Part shown: in pieces, positions 43,901-56,191 of the stretch
Layout: each line of letters begins with the position of its first letter
Numbering within the stretch: position 1 is the first letter of the stretch
From: Tubiluchus corallicola
Lineage: Eukaryota; Animalia; Priapulida
Assembly (NCBI GenBank): GCA_030141605.1
Contig: JAQGDQ010000031.1
Location: 992,001-1,056,000 of the forward strand
Length of the DNA stretch: 64,000 nucleotides
Direction: 5' to 3'
Made by a program: the position numbers and the translations under genes
Notes under the pieces: generated by a model
Told to the model about the DNA's origin: nothing
Databases searched by the model: none
What the model saw: the letters and a program-made list of their open reading frames with translations, nothing else

Positions 43901-44666
43901 GTAGGAAACTAAATTTTCTTGACTGTACCAATTGCTATTTGACCAAAAAATCTCTGTAAAAGAAACAAAGAACAAATACAATATTTCAGATTAGTAAGCG
44001 TGCATGGTGTTTGAATGGGTGAATGGTTTTTGTTCAAATACAAATGTTTCGACACCCATTAGGGAGCCCTCGTCTGTGTAATTAATGCAATCTATAACTC
44101 AGAAGTTTAAAATTTAAAATATAAAATGAGACTTTAGAACCATGGCGACAATAGACTACAAAGAGAAGAAAACAATATATTATACTTTTATGCCAACGAG
44201 TACTTGACTATTTGTGCAATAAGTGGAACAAGCTGAACCAACGTTCACTCACATTATTAGTGTATTTACTAAAGTACCTTGATGAATGTAAAATTATGTA
44301 ATGTATGATGAAACATTTGTTTGAATTAAAACCATCCTTCAAAATCGTTTGCTAATTTTCAAGCATTGTGCCAAGTGTTGGAATAAAACTACCAACTGAA
44401 ATTAGATAATGCTCAAATTTATAATTCCGTTAAAAGGAAACTGAAAGCTCACCTTTTTAAGCATTGAAAGAGCATTTTATGTATTTATCATTATTATTAT
44501 TAATCACTGTTTATAGAGTGTATGGCAAGTTTTTGTTTTGGTTAGAGCACTGTTAGGGTTTTTGTTTGTAATAAGCATTTTAGCTACCGTGTGTCAACTT
44601 ATACAGCAAAGTTTGATACAACTGTTTTAAAGAAAGCTTTGAATTTCTTTCAGGAAAAAAAGATAA
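31931..44666 (+). CDS. MRPS9: Mitochondrial small-subunit ribosomal protein S9 (uS9m), 13 exons, about 419 aa
   Basis: Exons 31931-32017, 33882-34065, 34701-34804, 35254-35316, 35416-35526, 36591-36679, 38358-38433, 39055-39180, 40125-40167, 41148-41262, 41910-42079, 43609-43687, 44654-44666; total 1260 nt, all GT-AG, phases consistent. Motifs [94 protein letters not shown] near 44906. Confidence 0.95.
34185..34313 (-). mobile_element. tRNA-derived SINE
   Basis: Minus strand GGCGTAGCTCAATGGTAGC (A box)..GGTTCAACTCC (B box), then GAGTAATACCAGACTTAAAAAATGGTACC core shared with copies at ~26.3 kb and ~10.1 kb. Confidence 0.75.
36117..36384. mobile_element. MITE (PIF/Harbinger-like termini)
   Basis: TIR GCATGTTCAGAGTAG / CTAGTCTGAACATGC. 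Confidence 0.6.
36977..37828. mobile_element. hAT-type MITE
   Basis: TIR CAGTGCTATTCAA / TTGAATAGCACTG; degenerate 8-bp TSD GCCTAAAC / GCCTACAT. Confidence 0.75.
39412..40061 (-). mobile_element. Non-autonomous hAT element in an MRPS9 intron
   Basis: Imperfect TIRs CAGTGGTGTGCAGA / TCTGCATGCTACTG; degenerate 8-bp TSD TGGATGCT / TAAATGCT; hAT dimerisation-domain remnant [24 protein letters not shown]. Confidence 0.85.
41305..41808. mobile_element. MITE (Harbinger-like) with GTCGC-rich interior
   Basis: Imperfect TIRs ..TTTCACTGGGTTTGCGACTT / AAGTCGCAGCCCTGTGAAA.. Confidence 0.5.
44330..44500 (+). mobile_element. LINE (L2/CR1) extreme 3' fragment
   Basis: [18 protein letters not shown] followed by a short (TTA)n. 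Confidence 0.55.
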
Positions 44667-45222
44667 CGTCACTTATTTTCTCCATGTTTGTGACACGATT
44701 ATTCACATAATGTCGTGGTCTTGTTACAACTTAGTTTTGAGATGGAAAAGTGTGTAAGAAAGCAGACATGGTATTGTAGGAACTGCTAGACAGGACGTCG
44801 CTAAACTCACATTATCTAAAGATTGTACTAAATTGTTCTACATACATACTTACCGAGAGCATATTTATAGAGAGAAGTGATGCAAATTCATCAATTTTAT
44901 AATTGAATAAATTTGATTACAAACAGTTAATGAAGTATTTTATATTCACACAATATTCATAAATAGCAAACAAACATACATTAAGAACACTTTTTTATAA
45001 TTGTACGCTTATCTTTTAATAATAAAACATAAATCATATTATATCGACAAATTTTCAAACTTTTTATTGAAATTACTGCATAATACTTTATTATTAATAA
45101 TGCATTTTACAGCAGTTATCGCACACTTCTATTTATCTCAAATTTGTAATCCAAAATGTGTGCCTATTTCTTTTGTCAGTTCCTTTGGATGATGTCACAA
45201 GTAAATGTATGGGGAACCACTC

Positions 45223-45626
45223 ATAAGCCTTTTTACAGTTCCAGCGATTGATGATGATCGTGAAAAGGTCAAAGGTTAGGTAAACCTAACAACGTTATCT
45301 GAATCAAAAAATGTATTTATTTACACTTGACAATACTTTAAGGTCTGTTATTGTATTTAGTATCAGTTCTTGGAATTAATTATTGCTTCAGTTATTTCAT
45401 TTTACATGCATTGCTGATGGTAGCCGTTGTTTCCGAGTAAGAATAACATGTCAGTTTAAAACTAAATACATAAGTATTGTAATAAAAATAACCACATTTG
45501 TTTCACATACATGTAGTTACGTGCATAAAGGCACGTGACTGTTGTTATGTAAGATGCCCTGGGTTTAGTTAACCTTTGACCTACAACAACTACGAGTGCG
45601 CATAGCGAAACCATGAAAGGGCTTAT
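45223..45626. mobile_element. MITE
   Basis: ATAAGCC..AGGTCAAAGGTTA..TAAACC at the left end is inverted at the right end (GGTTTAGTTAACCTTTGACCT..GGCTTAT). Confidence 0.55.
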
Positions 45627-47795
45627 TTATAAAACTTGATATTAATCTTCAGTATCAAAGGCACACAAAGTACATCAGAAAATCCTGATCCTATTTTGTC
45701 AAAGTTGTAGTAATAACATGTTACTTGCCCCTTTTACCGCAACCTCAACCCTCACTTGCTGGTACAATCTGTGTATTCATTCCCAGTATTACTGCCGCAT
45801 TGATAGTCCCATAGGAACGTGTGTTGAATACCCATTGCGTCTCCTTGGCGATGTTGTGAATGGTCATGTCTTCAAGTTATTGACACTGGTACCGTACATG
45901 TGAACTAAAATTAGAAAATTTTGATTACTGAATATTAATTTCAAAAATTAGGAAAAAGCAAAAAAAAAGAAATTTAAAAGATAGGATGTTTGAATGCAAC
46001 ACTGCATACTATTTGAGATGAAAGAAGACAATATCAGTAAATATTAATTGCCTACATCATGGAATTCTCATCTGCAACATTACAGGAACATTCTGCATTT
46101 AAGTTTTGAATGAATTAAAAATAATTCTAATAATTATCCAATTTCAGCACCACATTCGACACTACCTTCTACTCGTTTAGCGACTCTTGTGAAATACCGC
46201 ATCTTGATTGCCAAAGCAAAATAAGATCGTTTCCTGTTTGTCTTGATCTCTCTGTCTGTCATGCCACGTTCTGTTCTTCCTTATCCCATTTGACTTGTCT
46301 CGTTTTATCTCATGCTAAATTGGTTTTCCCAGCCTGCCCAATCTTGATTCTGTCTTTTCTATTTATTCTGCCCTTCTCAGTCCTGCCACGGCCTTCTTTC
46401 CTTGTCCTGTTGCATCACATTGATGTCAGTCTAAAAAACCAATGCGACAAATAAAAAAGTCTGCTATTCTTTTATCTCCCTTACATTTTGTTGTCTCACT
46501 AAATAAAATTTTGCTTGTCCATTTGTTAATGGCATTAATTTTTGTTGTTCATGCTCCTTTCTGGCACCACTTTTCCTAGTCCTCATCTTGCATCATCACT
46601 TTCATTGATATTCGATTACTTTGCTTTTAATATTTAACTGCATTATTTTCTTCCTTTTTTCCATTATTACATTCATAATTTAACTGCATTGTATTTTGTT
46701 CATTTGCTACTCTTAAGATCTAACTACATATTATCCACCTAACCATGTACTCTGCAGTCCTTTATACTATTCCTAAGTTATATAGGGGTGACTGACTCGA
46801 TGGCCTCGTGGTCTTTTGTGGTCTTTTTGTCACTTTACATAATTTGTTGTAATTGTGTTATAAATATTATATTGGGGATAAATAAACTTTTGAATTGAAA
46901 AAAATGAATTGAATTGGATAATGCACTGACGAGACCAGTTGGCCATTGTGCTTGACAAATGGGGAAGATTCCTTGATATGATGGTAGAACCTGCCCTATC
47001 CTTTGAAGTACCTACCGTAAAATTGCAATGAGTAACAGTTACTGGAAATCTCTGTTATAACAGAGCTCGTTATAAAGGACTTTGTGTATACAGTCAAGCC
47101 GCTTCATACTGCTTATTCTGTAGCATTAACAGAATAAGTTAGCATCAAGTGAGTTTGGCAGTATAATGAGGTGTATTAATAAATGGCTGTCATTGCAAAT
47201 ACAATCATTTTGTTTTGCTAAAAATCTGGGCATTAAAGGCGACATTTGAGTGTAACAGACTGTTTCTATTTGAGACGTTTGTAGATGGAATTTTGCAAGG
47301 TGAAGACATGTTTATTAGCTATATAGTCACCTCATTTCAGAAGCAAGCTGAAGAGAAATCGTGTAGCATGATAAAAACAAGCAGCCGCATTCGCTGGGCT
47401 TAAAATAAGATTATCGTGGATTAGTGTCGGGGAGCCTGGCAAAGAATGACTGTTCTATTCATTCATTCATTCATTCATTTGTTTATTCAGTTCAGAATAG
47501 CTCAACCATTTTAATTATTGCTAGAAAAGTTTAATTTACGATTACTGTCACACTTCTTTCGTCCCCTCTTCTCTCTCTTTGTTCTTTCTTCATTCGAATG
47601 CACGTTTTTTCGATGCCTGATATACAAGAAGAACAAACAATAAAAAAGATGGAATGTTACCATCTGTACATCGAAGTAACATTGAAGAACGCGCGCCTTT
47701 TATGATTTCCGGTGTGAGCAAGCAAAATTCTCTCCATCAAGAAACCACCCAATGTTCCAATAAAAGTACATGTATGTACTTAAACAGTACTTTAC

Positions 47796-48383
47796 TATAA
47801 TAATATTCCAAAAGTGAACTGTTTGCCCAGTTGCCTCGCTTGACTGGACTATAAGGATCTCTTAGAACTGCGAGTTTAACAGGTTCCTGATGCAGCATCT
47901 CATACATAACATGAACAGCTCTCCCAGGTGTACACTAAAAACAAAAAAGATCAAAGGAATATACAACAGCGCAAAGTGGCTGCCAGTAGGTACTATAGGG
48001 ATAGTTCGTCACAAAAATTCCTTATTCACATCATACCATGATTTGAAATGCAAACATACTTTTTCATATTTGGGTTACAGCAGCTAGACTATTTTATTTT
48101 TTAGTTCTAGACATTTATACAACATAGAAGAGGTAAATACTACCGGGTGGCTCAGAAAAAAATTGCCAAAGTTTAGACTACAATAATTAACGGTTATAAT
48201 TAAGGCCTTACCAGCTTTGAAGAGACCTTCCATGGGAAACAACGCCATAATGTATAAATCTTTCAATTGTTTGTCATCTTTGTTCAAAGCATTTGTGATG
48301 TTTAAACTTTGTGGAAAGCAGAAATTACTCTGAAGCAGCAACAGTAACAACAACACAAACGTTTGAATAGGACTTCGCCACAT
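47796..48383 (-). pseudogene. Decayed Venus-flytrap/ANF-domain receptor gene (GABA-B-receptor-like N-terminus)
   Basis: Signal peptide MWRSPIQTFVLLLLLLL and LYIMALFPMEG..AGKALI (48383-~48190). Second exon 47934-47796 reads CTPGRAVHVMYEMLHQEPVKLAVL..SPV, then needs a +1 frameshift to give SEATGQTVHFWNIII before a GT donor. The intervening conserved segment is missing; a TACCGGGTG transposon-end-like motif lies at 48141. Confidence 0.65.
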
Positions 48384-49759
48384 AACCGTAATTCAGCCTT
48401 TACCTTTACTGTTTTAAATGAAAATGTGTTGTCGAGAATCAGTTAAGTATTCGCGAGAAACGTAGGGAACAACAATTTTCTTCTTTTTTTGTTAATGTGG
48501 AATTATTTGACAAGTAGGCGGAGGACTTGGAAACTACTTTTTAGCAGACGGAAAGAAAACCGCTTTTGTGTTAATTTTTTTACAGTTTGGTGTCATTTTG
48601 TATCTTTATAAGTTTTTATAAAAGCATTTAGAGTTCCGATTAATCCACGTGTCTGAAGCACTTGTTTTCGCCTGCCTGCCTTTATTATTTGCACGTTGTC
48701 TGTTTTGTTTGAAACAAGCGCTTACCTGGATATCAGAGGGGGGACACGCCCATTTCCCCCTCGTAAAGGTAAAGTTTTTGTTAAATTTAATCATCAATTA
48801 CCAATGGTAGAAGTGCTACTCGGAAATATATTGGAGAAAATAAATGTTCTATGTCCATGCATGTCTATCTCTATGTCGTTTTTAAAGCAAAATCGCACCC
48901 AATCTTAAACTGTAGGTCAAAGCAACATAGTTCTTAAAATATTGAAAGAAAACGTACTGTTTTTTAAATAATAAATTACATGAAAGAATTATTACCACAC
49001 AAACACAATTTCATGTTTATGCCACTAGTTTTCCGTTGTTGCATGCATTTCGTCATTTGCTGGAAAGACAGGTGTCGCGAACGCGAGGCATGTGACACCA
49101 AGAAAGGTTTGGATTAGCCATGAGCATCTGGCGAGTGGAAAATTTTTTGTTCTAGTTTTACCAGACGAGGTGATGGAGTGTGTTTGTGTTTTCTGTCTTT
49201 GCTGTATTTTTGTCAATTTTGCGTTTATATGTTATAATAAACAGTTGTCTTTTTAAATCATCTATTGAGAAGGAAAATATGTCAGTGTTCGCTATTTCAC
49301 ATTTATGGATTGCTGAAATCGGATGGTTTCCGAAATGTGGTGCACGAAAACTGGGAGCAATCATGGACAGTCGTGTAAAGATTGTTATTTTTCGTCAGTC
49401 AGCAGCTTAAGAAGTACGAGAGTCTCAGATGATACAACCAGGTATAGGACGAGATTTATGCTTCATTCCCACATTTAGCTGCTTACAGATGTCATCAGGA
49501 CGTTCTGAAAATTCAGTTCACGTTTCCATCGGTACAGTTGGTCAACACAAGTAGCATTTTACAGTTCCTTTCTTTCGTGAAGAAGAGGTCAAGTCTGTGA
49601 TACTGCAGCTTCAGTAGAGCGAAAAGACGTCTTCGATTGTGTAAGCAAATCATATTACAGTTACATTTCAAGTTAAATTTGTATTTGCTTAAAATTTTTG
49701 CCTTATATTTGTCAGTTGAACTTCATATTGTATTCGGTCACGTCAGTATTATCAGTAGA

Positions 49760-49920
49760 CCTATTACTATCAGTTACATAGTGTAGGCCTTTCAGTATTA
49801 CAGTTTCGTTGTGTAAATTGAATATTTACACTCAGTCTTTATACCTGTTACTATCAGTTATATAGTATAGGCCTTTCAGTATTACAGTTTCGTTGTGTAA
49901 ATTGAATATTTACACCCAGT
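49760..49920 (+). repeat. ~83-bp tandem duplication
   Basis: TTACTATCAGTTA..AGGCCTTTCAGTATTACAGTTTCGTTGTGTAAATTGAATATTTACAC occurs twice. Confidence 0.85.
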
Positions 49921-49928
49921 GTTTAGAC

Positions 49929-52900
49929 CAGTCATTTGCAAAAGTTTAAGACGAAGCTCGAGTTTTCGGGATTTTCATCATACTGTACCCCGATTGCATC
50001 AGATTCTTTGTTGATTGCATCATACTGTGGTTTGAAACAGTATGTCTAGTGAGTACCGTAAAACGGGGTGAGTTCCCCACGCCTTACTTAATGGATGACG
50101 TAATGGCCATTGTAGGTTTGCTGTAACTATTGTTCAGTGTTTAATGAACAGATATCATGATCACCGTCATTATAAACAGTTATCTTCTTTCAATTTGCAC
50201 TAGAAGTATTCCATTCTGCGCTACATATTATTTGTCTACTATTTCTTGCTAATTAACATGCCACGCACCTACACCCCTGTACCGGGTCATAGATACCAAA
50301 ATTTTACCCCAGAAGCTGCCCTACATGCCGTCAAGAATACCAACAGGACAATCAGCGCAACGGCAAGGCAATTCGGAGTTCCAAGAAAGACCCTTTCTGA
50401 CAAACTCTCAGGAAGTCATCCGTGGAAGACCGGAGGTCAGCCAGTGTTCTCCGCCGCCGAGGAGCACGAAATTGCCAACACACTCCAAGTGGCCGCTGAG
50501 TGAGGGTTCCCAATGACTGCCATCGATCTCTGACTACTGATTAAGAGTGTTCTTGACGCGAAGGGAATCCAGGAACGACGATTCAAGGCAAACACCCCTG
50601 GAATAGATTTTGTCAAATCATTCGCCCGAAGGAACAATCTGGTTTTCAGAGTGGCTGGCAACATCAAGGGCGCCCGTGCGAAGATCAGTGCACAAGACGT
50701 TCAAGCCTTATTCAAAACGTCCCACCATCGAACATTTTCAACTTCGACGAGACCAACGACGACAACCCCAGTGCCAAAGTAATCCTTACTCGTCTGAGAA
50801 CAAGACGCATCGAGAACATCAAGGACCACTCCAAGGTCGCCGTTTCCCTGATGGCTTGCGGGGCCGCCGACGGGACGATGCTACCACCTATGGTAGTATA
50901 CAAAGCCAAGAACATTTACGAAAACTGGACAAAAGGAGGTCCACGAGGCACTGTCTATGATTGCACAACAAGTGGGTGGTACAACATGGAGACCTTTGAG
51001 CGGTGGTTCACCTCCTTATTTCTTCCTCATGCCAACCAACTTCTTGGGAAAAAAGTTCTCCTTGGCGATAACTTGGCTTCACACTTTTCTCCAGAGGTAA
51101 TCAGGCTGTGCCGAGAACATGACATCCATTTCATAAGCTTGATCCCCAATGCCACGCATCTTCATCAACCGCTTGACGTGGCAGTCTTCAAGGGCCTGAA
51201 AGTCAGATGGAGGCGAATCCTGGACAAGTGGCGGATGGAGACAAAAAGGAATGGGGTCATACCAAAAGAGACTTTCCCGCAACTTCTCAATAGCCTCTGG
51301 GATCAGTCCTCCCAAGCCTTTCGCGAAAGCTTACCATCTGGCTTCCGGGCGTGTGGCTACGTGCCCTTCAGGCCTGATGAAGTGACCAAGAGGTTGCCAG
51401 ATGCCGGTAACTCAAACATTGGCAGGGACTTGGATGACCCTTTGATTGCTCTTTTGAAAGCACAACGACGAAGCCCAAGATAGGGAAGAAGGTTAGCCAT
51501 AAACCAGGAGTTGATTTAGCAGCTGCCGCTTTCCATGGACATGATGGAGCTGGTCCTTCGACTTCGACTAACGCTGCAGGAAATCCAGAAGTGGATATTC
51601 CCGATGAGAACACGGACATCTGCTTTCAATGTGGAATGAATTACCGGGGATATACGGGGCCCAACTGGGTGCAGTGCCTGAACAGCGTAGACATTTAAGA
51701 CTTTATCGGTGTTGATCTACATGTACATGCACCTTGTTATTTTATTGTCATACAAGAAATATAGTTCATGAAGCAAATTTCTGTTATACAGTTTCTAACT
51801 TTTTTTTATTACACTGTACTTTAAATCCTACAAATATTTACAGGTACATTGTTATTTTAAAATTTTAAATACTACTTTGCACGTAATTCGGCTAAAACTA
51901 GATATTTTTCATAATTTTTTCATAGGGTGGCGAACTCACCCCCAACCAAACAATCACAACCAGTTAACTTCAACTGCCTAGAATGGCATTAAACAGTGTT
52001 AAATTGTTAGTGGCGAATTCACCCCACGATAGTGTTTCATTCGAAAGACAATATAAAGCTTGAACTAAGAAAATCGGTTGGGTAATTCTCTTGCTATGGC
52101 AGGAAACATAAAAAATACCCATAAAAAGTGGCGAACTCACCCCGTTTTACGGTATGAGTGACTCATTTGCCTGCCGCTATCCATACAGATCGGCCGTTTT
52201 TGCATGTTTCTTGTGATCCAAAAAATGGGCAAAAAAAATCGTCATTGAGTGAGACTCAGAGGGTTAAAATCGTGACTTTACATCAAGAAGGATATACTGA
52301 AAGGGAGATAGGTGCTAGATTACAGTTTTCCAAGACAGCCGTGCACCAAGCTATTGTCAAATTCGAGACTGATGGCACTTACAGCGATAGGAAACTGTCT
52401 GGCCGTCCGCGGAAGACTACCCAAGGAGACGACCACATCATGAGACGCATGGTGGTATGCTCGCCTATGAGCTCCTGCAAGAAGATGCGGGCTCAGATGC
52501 GCTTGACAGGCTTGGAATTGAGTGCCAGTACAGTTTCTAGGCGTTTGAGCAAGGAGTTTAGCCTTAAAGCCAGAAAGCCGGCCCGTAAGCCACGCCTAAT
52601 GCCAGTAATGAATCGGAAGAGACTGAACTTTGCAAAACGACATTGAGATTAGACCATCCAGGATTGGAACAAAGTCTTGTTCTCGGATGAATCAACCATA
52701 CAGCAGGTTGTAGCTCGAAAGAGGCACGTTAGGAGGCCAGTAGGCAAGCGATTCGATGAGAGATACACTGTAGCCACCATGAAACACCCTCCAAGTCAGA
52801 TGATCTGGAGTGCCATGTCGTGTTCTGGGACAGCTGGACTCTACTTCCTCCCACCCAATACCACTATGAATGGTCCTAGGTATGCCTAATTTCCAGTATG
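49929..52900 (+). mobile_element. Tc1-family transposon, interrupted by the pogo element and 3'-truncated
   Basis: Tc1-like left end CAGTCATTTGCAAAAGTTTAAGAC at 49929. Transposase remnant ~52225-52889: GRPRKTT, STVSRRL, ARKPARKP, DWNKVLFSDES, KHPPSQMIWSAM, NTTMNGPRY, with an A-run frameshift and stops. Confidence 0.85.
50056..52152 (+). mobile_element. pogo/Tigger-like DNA transposon, full length, defective transposase
   Basis: TIRs CCGTAAAACGGGGTGAGTTC(C/G)CCAC at both ends, TA on each side. Transposase from ATG 50258 (psq-type HTH: ISATARQFGVPRKTLSD) with stops/frameshifts, NIFNFDET, LLGDNLASH, HQPLDVAVF. Subterminal GTGGCGAA(C/T)TCACCCC copies near 51927 and 52010. Confidence 0.93.
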
Positions 52901-52936
52901 CCTCTTAGAATGAAGGCAGTATTGACAACTTCGGCG

Positions 52937-54154
52937 GCAGGGGCTGAACTGGGGGGGGGGGGGCGAGGGGGCGCGCCCCCGGTCAAAATTTGCGCCCCCC
53001 TGCCAAATCGGACAAATAACTTTTTTGCAGTGAAAATTGCAGTTCGCATGTAATCATTTTCAATATGAATTAGAATTAGGTAAAAAATGTTTGGTAGCTT
53101 CAATGTGTGTGCAGTCAAAACTCAGTGTGCATAGAGGTGCCTATCACAGTGTAGGCCTACAGGGACCACACACAGTCACAGTTTCTACACACAGGCCAAC
53201 AGGTCTGTGTGCACAGCTATAGGAGTAGCAGCGGTACTATGCTGAAATTTGAGAGTGCCCCTGTGCGTATAGGTACCATGGTGTAGCAGCGTTACGGCAC
53301 TGAACTTGGAATAGGCCTAAACCTTTTGTACGGTACAGCACGCCAAAAACAAATTTGGTAAGTACACTATAGTAATAATTTCATTTTATTGTTTCATATA
53401 ATTTCATTGTTGAACTGTATTTGTATAATTTGGGCTACTTGGCAAAATGTATATCAACGTGCCTTTATAGAATGTGGACTTTACAGAGTGTCGAATATCA
53501 TGTGATATTGAATGGTTTGTGATAGAACAAAAATTAATCAAAATTGTTTCAGAAACCTGCGCAACATGTCTGGGAATAGGGAAGACGACAAAGTTGTACC
53601 ACCTAGAAAACGGCAGAAAACTTTTGCTTTAGACTTTTTTGTCCAAGGAAGTAAAAAGGAATCAGCATATAAAGATGCACTGCAGAAGTCCAAAAAGATA
53701 ATCCTGCCTCTGCCAGTGGAAAGGATCAATCAGTTTCAAAAGTTACAGAAGACGAGAAACAACCGGAGTAATCTACTCAGAAATGAACACAAGAGCAAAT
53801 GACTTAGGGCCTGTGTCTGAGAAACCACGACAACCACATATGACGAAGTATCCGAAAACTGGCCAAGGAAAGAATGCTCGTTCTTTTCAGTATAGTTGGT
53901 TCGGGAAACACTCATGGCTGGAGTACTTGAAGCAGACAGACGCAGCATTTTGTTTTGCATGCAGGCATTTTGGTAAACAAAGACAGATTACTTGGACTGA
54001 AGTCAGATTTAAAAAATGGAAAGACGCAATGCATGATATGCAAAAGCACGAAGAGACGGAATCACACAAGAACAGCATGTCAATGTGGACCCTCTTCAAA
54101 AGCAGTAGTAAAACAGGTGACGTTCAAAAACGGATGGAAAGTTTTCGCGTGTAA
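52937..54154 (+). mobile_element. hAT transposon 5' remnant with TTF-type zinc finger (ZMYM1-like transposase N-terminus)
   Basis: CAGGGGCTGAAC plus G-rich GCGCCCCC left end. ORF 53783-54154: RSFQYSWFGKHSWLEY..DAAFCFACRHF..FKKWK..KHEETESH. Confidence 0.8.
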
Positions 54155-54884
54155 AAATTTATGAGCCAAATTTTTCAGCTTACGATCAGCTTTCTCCGTG
54201 TCAATACTTTTGTGTGGGAGTAAAATATATTTTACCCACGTAAAATTTATATAATTTGCTCACAATTTGTGCTAATTTTCCAGAATTTGTTTAAATAGCT
54301 CAAGGCACAGCTGCGTCAGTGTTCTTACTCTGAAGACAATTAGTTAGTGGAATTTCATTTGCTAATTTGATCGAGATCAGTTGACCATATTTTAGTAGAT
54401 AGCATTCATGATACATTTTCCCATGATGGATAACTGTTAGTGGTATCTTGTTGAGGAAAGAGATAGAAGTAACTTGGAAAGAATTAAGTGAATCACTGCA
54501 AGATGCTTATGAACTTACAAGTTGTACTCAGTCTCTTTCATTGGAATTAGAAAGTATGGTAATTCAAAACATACAAAACCTAATAGACAAATATAATCAG
54601 CTTATAGCACACTAGACCAACTTCATGGAAGCAAAAGGCTTTCCTGAAGAAAATGTTGAACAGCTTGCAGAAATTTCACTCAACTTATTTACAACATGTT
54701 GTGATTGTTGTTTTTCTGCCATTTTTAAAATTTTGCTCTTTTCTCCTGACTTTTTAACTAGAGACTTGGGCAAATGAGGGAGTGCTGCTACCAGCTCTAA
54801 TAGGTCCTGGGCAACAGCTGAGTTTCTATGACGTTCACACTACGTGACTCTATTAGTTTTGATGAAAGCAAGCAGGACAGCATT

Positions 54885-55248
54885 TTACCTTTCAAAGAAT
54901 TAAACAAAAATGTTACCGAGACACATACAAATCAAATACCAATTGCTTTTACCGCTCCGAAGTTTAGCCAAAAATTATGTCAATTTAAATTCTTCCTTAG
55001 TATTTAACAGGCCTATCTTTCGAAGAATTAAACAAAAATGTTGCCAAGACAAATACAAATCGAACTACCAGAAGCTTTTACCTCTCCGAAGTTTAGCAGA
55101 AATGATCAGTAAATTATGTCGATTTAAATTCTTTTTTTAGTATTTAACAGGCCTATCTTTCGAAGAATCAAACGAAAATGTTGCCAAGACAAATACAAAT
55201 CGAAGTACCTCAGGCTTATACTGCTCCGAAGTTTAACAGAAATGATCA
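54885..55248 (+). repeat. ~3 tandem copies of a ~125-135-bp unit
   Basis: CTTTC(A/G)AAGAAT(T/C)AAAC(A/G)AAAATGTT..CTCCGAAGTTTA recurs three times. Confidence 0.85.
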
Positions 55249-55924
55249 TGAGTAACGCCAGGCTTCACAGAGATTGATCAGTAGCTTTCTCGAGCCAGTT
55301 AGCATAGGACGGCAACGCCACCTGTACGGGAGCTTATCTATATATGGAGTAATTTTGAGTTGCTATGACTTACGACGTTGTGCAGTTAAATATTTAACCT
55401 TATGTATTTAATCCTGTATAGTAAGTACAACGTGTATGTATAGCCAAATATTTATCTGTACAATATACATGTACTAACGAATGCTCTGATTTAGGTAGGA
55501 CCAGCCCTAACGTAGGGAGCTTTCTTTATTAGAAAGAAAGGAGTAAAAGAAAGCCGTTTAAAATAATGATTTAAGATCAAATTATCGTCTTGGCTAGAAG
55601 CCCAGTTAGGTGTGGCATATCACGTGATGATCAGTTGATATTCGACAGGCTTAGTCAGAAGTAAAGATTGATTATGTAATCTTTATGCGCAGAAGCTCTG
55701 GGCGCATTAGGTAGTTAGGCAAAAGGAATTTGAGGCCTCCATCTCGGGCAGATTTGGAGCTGTCTTGAAGACGGATGGCTGGCATTGCTATCCTCTTATG
55801 TATACCGTGTTTGTGCTTGATGTTTAATAAACATGCAGTTTGCTAAACAAGGTCTCGATAGTTTGGAGTAAGGAAAGCGAGATTCAGATGCTTGGATCGG
55901 CCAGGAGCGATGCTGCTATACTCA
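55249..55924 (+). mobile_element. Possible solo LTR
   Basis: TGAGTA...TACTCA termini, internal AATAAA near 55826; interrupts a local tandem-repeat unit. No clean TSD. Confidence 0.35.
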
Positions 55925-56191
55925 CCAGTTAAAGTATGCAGAATAATAATTGCATCAGCTGTACTGCACAATATCGCGAGCATAAACAGCATTCCCTTGC
56001 CTTGCAAAGTTAATCTAGCACTGCGACAACTAGAAATTGGAGAGGAAGAGTACGAACAAGATGATATTTAACAATTACAGCAGTACAGGGATGATCGTGA
56101 AGCACGAGGTCACCTAGCTGAACAGAGATTTCAGTAGAACTGTTCTAGTTTCTTTCCCATATTGTAAAATTTCGTTTAATTTTGTTTCCAA

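Noticed and set aside
45784-45792. CAGTATTAC nonanucleotide (also near 49793 and 49877)
   Set aside because: No flanking stem-loop and no viral ORF nearby; expected by chance in AT-rich DNA.
46925-46945. Hammerhead core CTGACGAGACCAGTTGGCC
   Set aside because: The required GAAA and stem III are absent.
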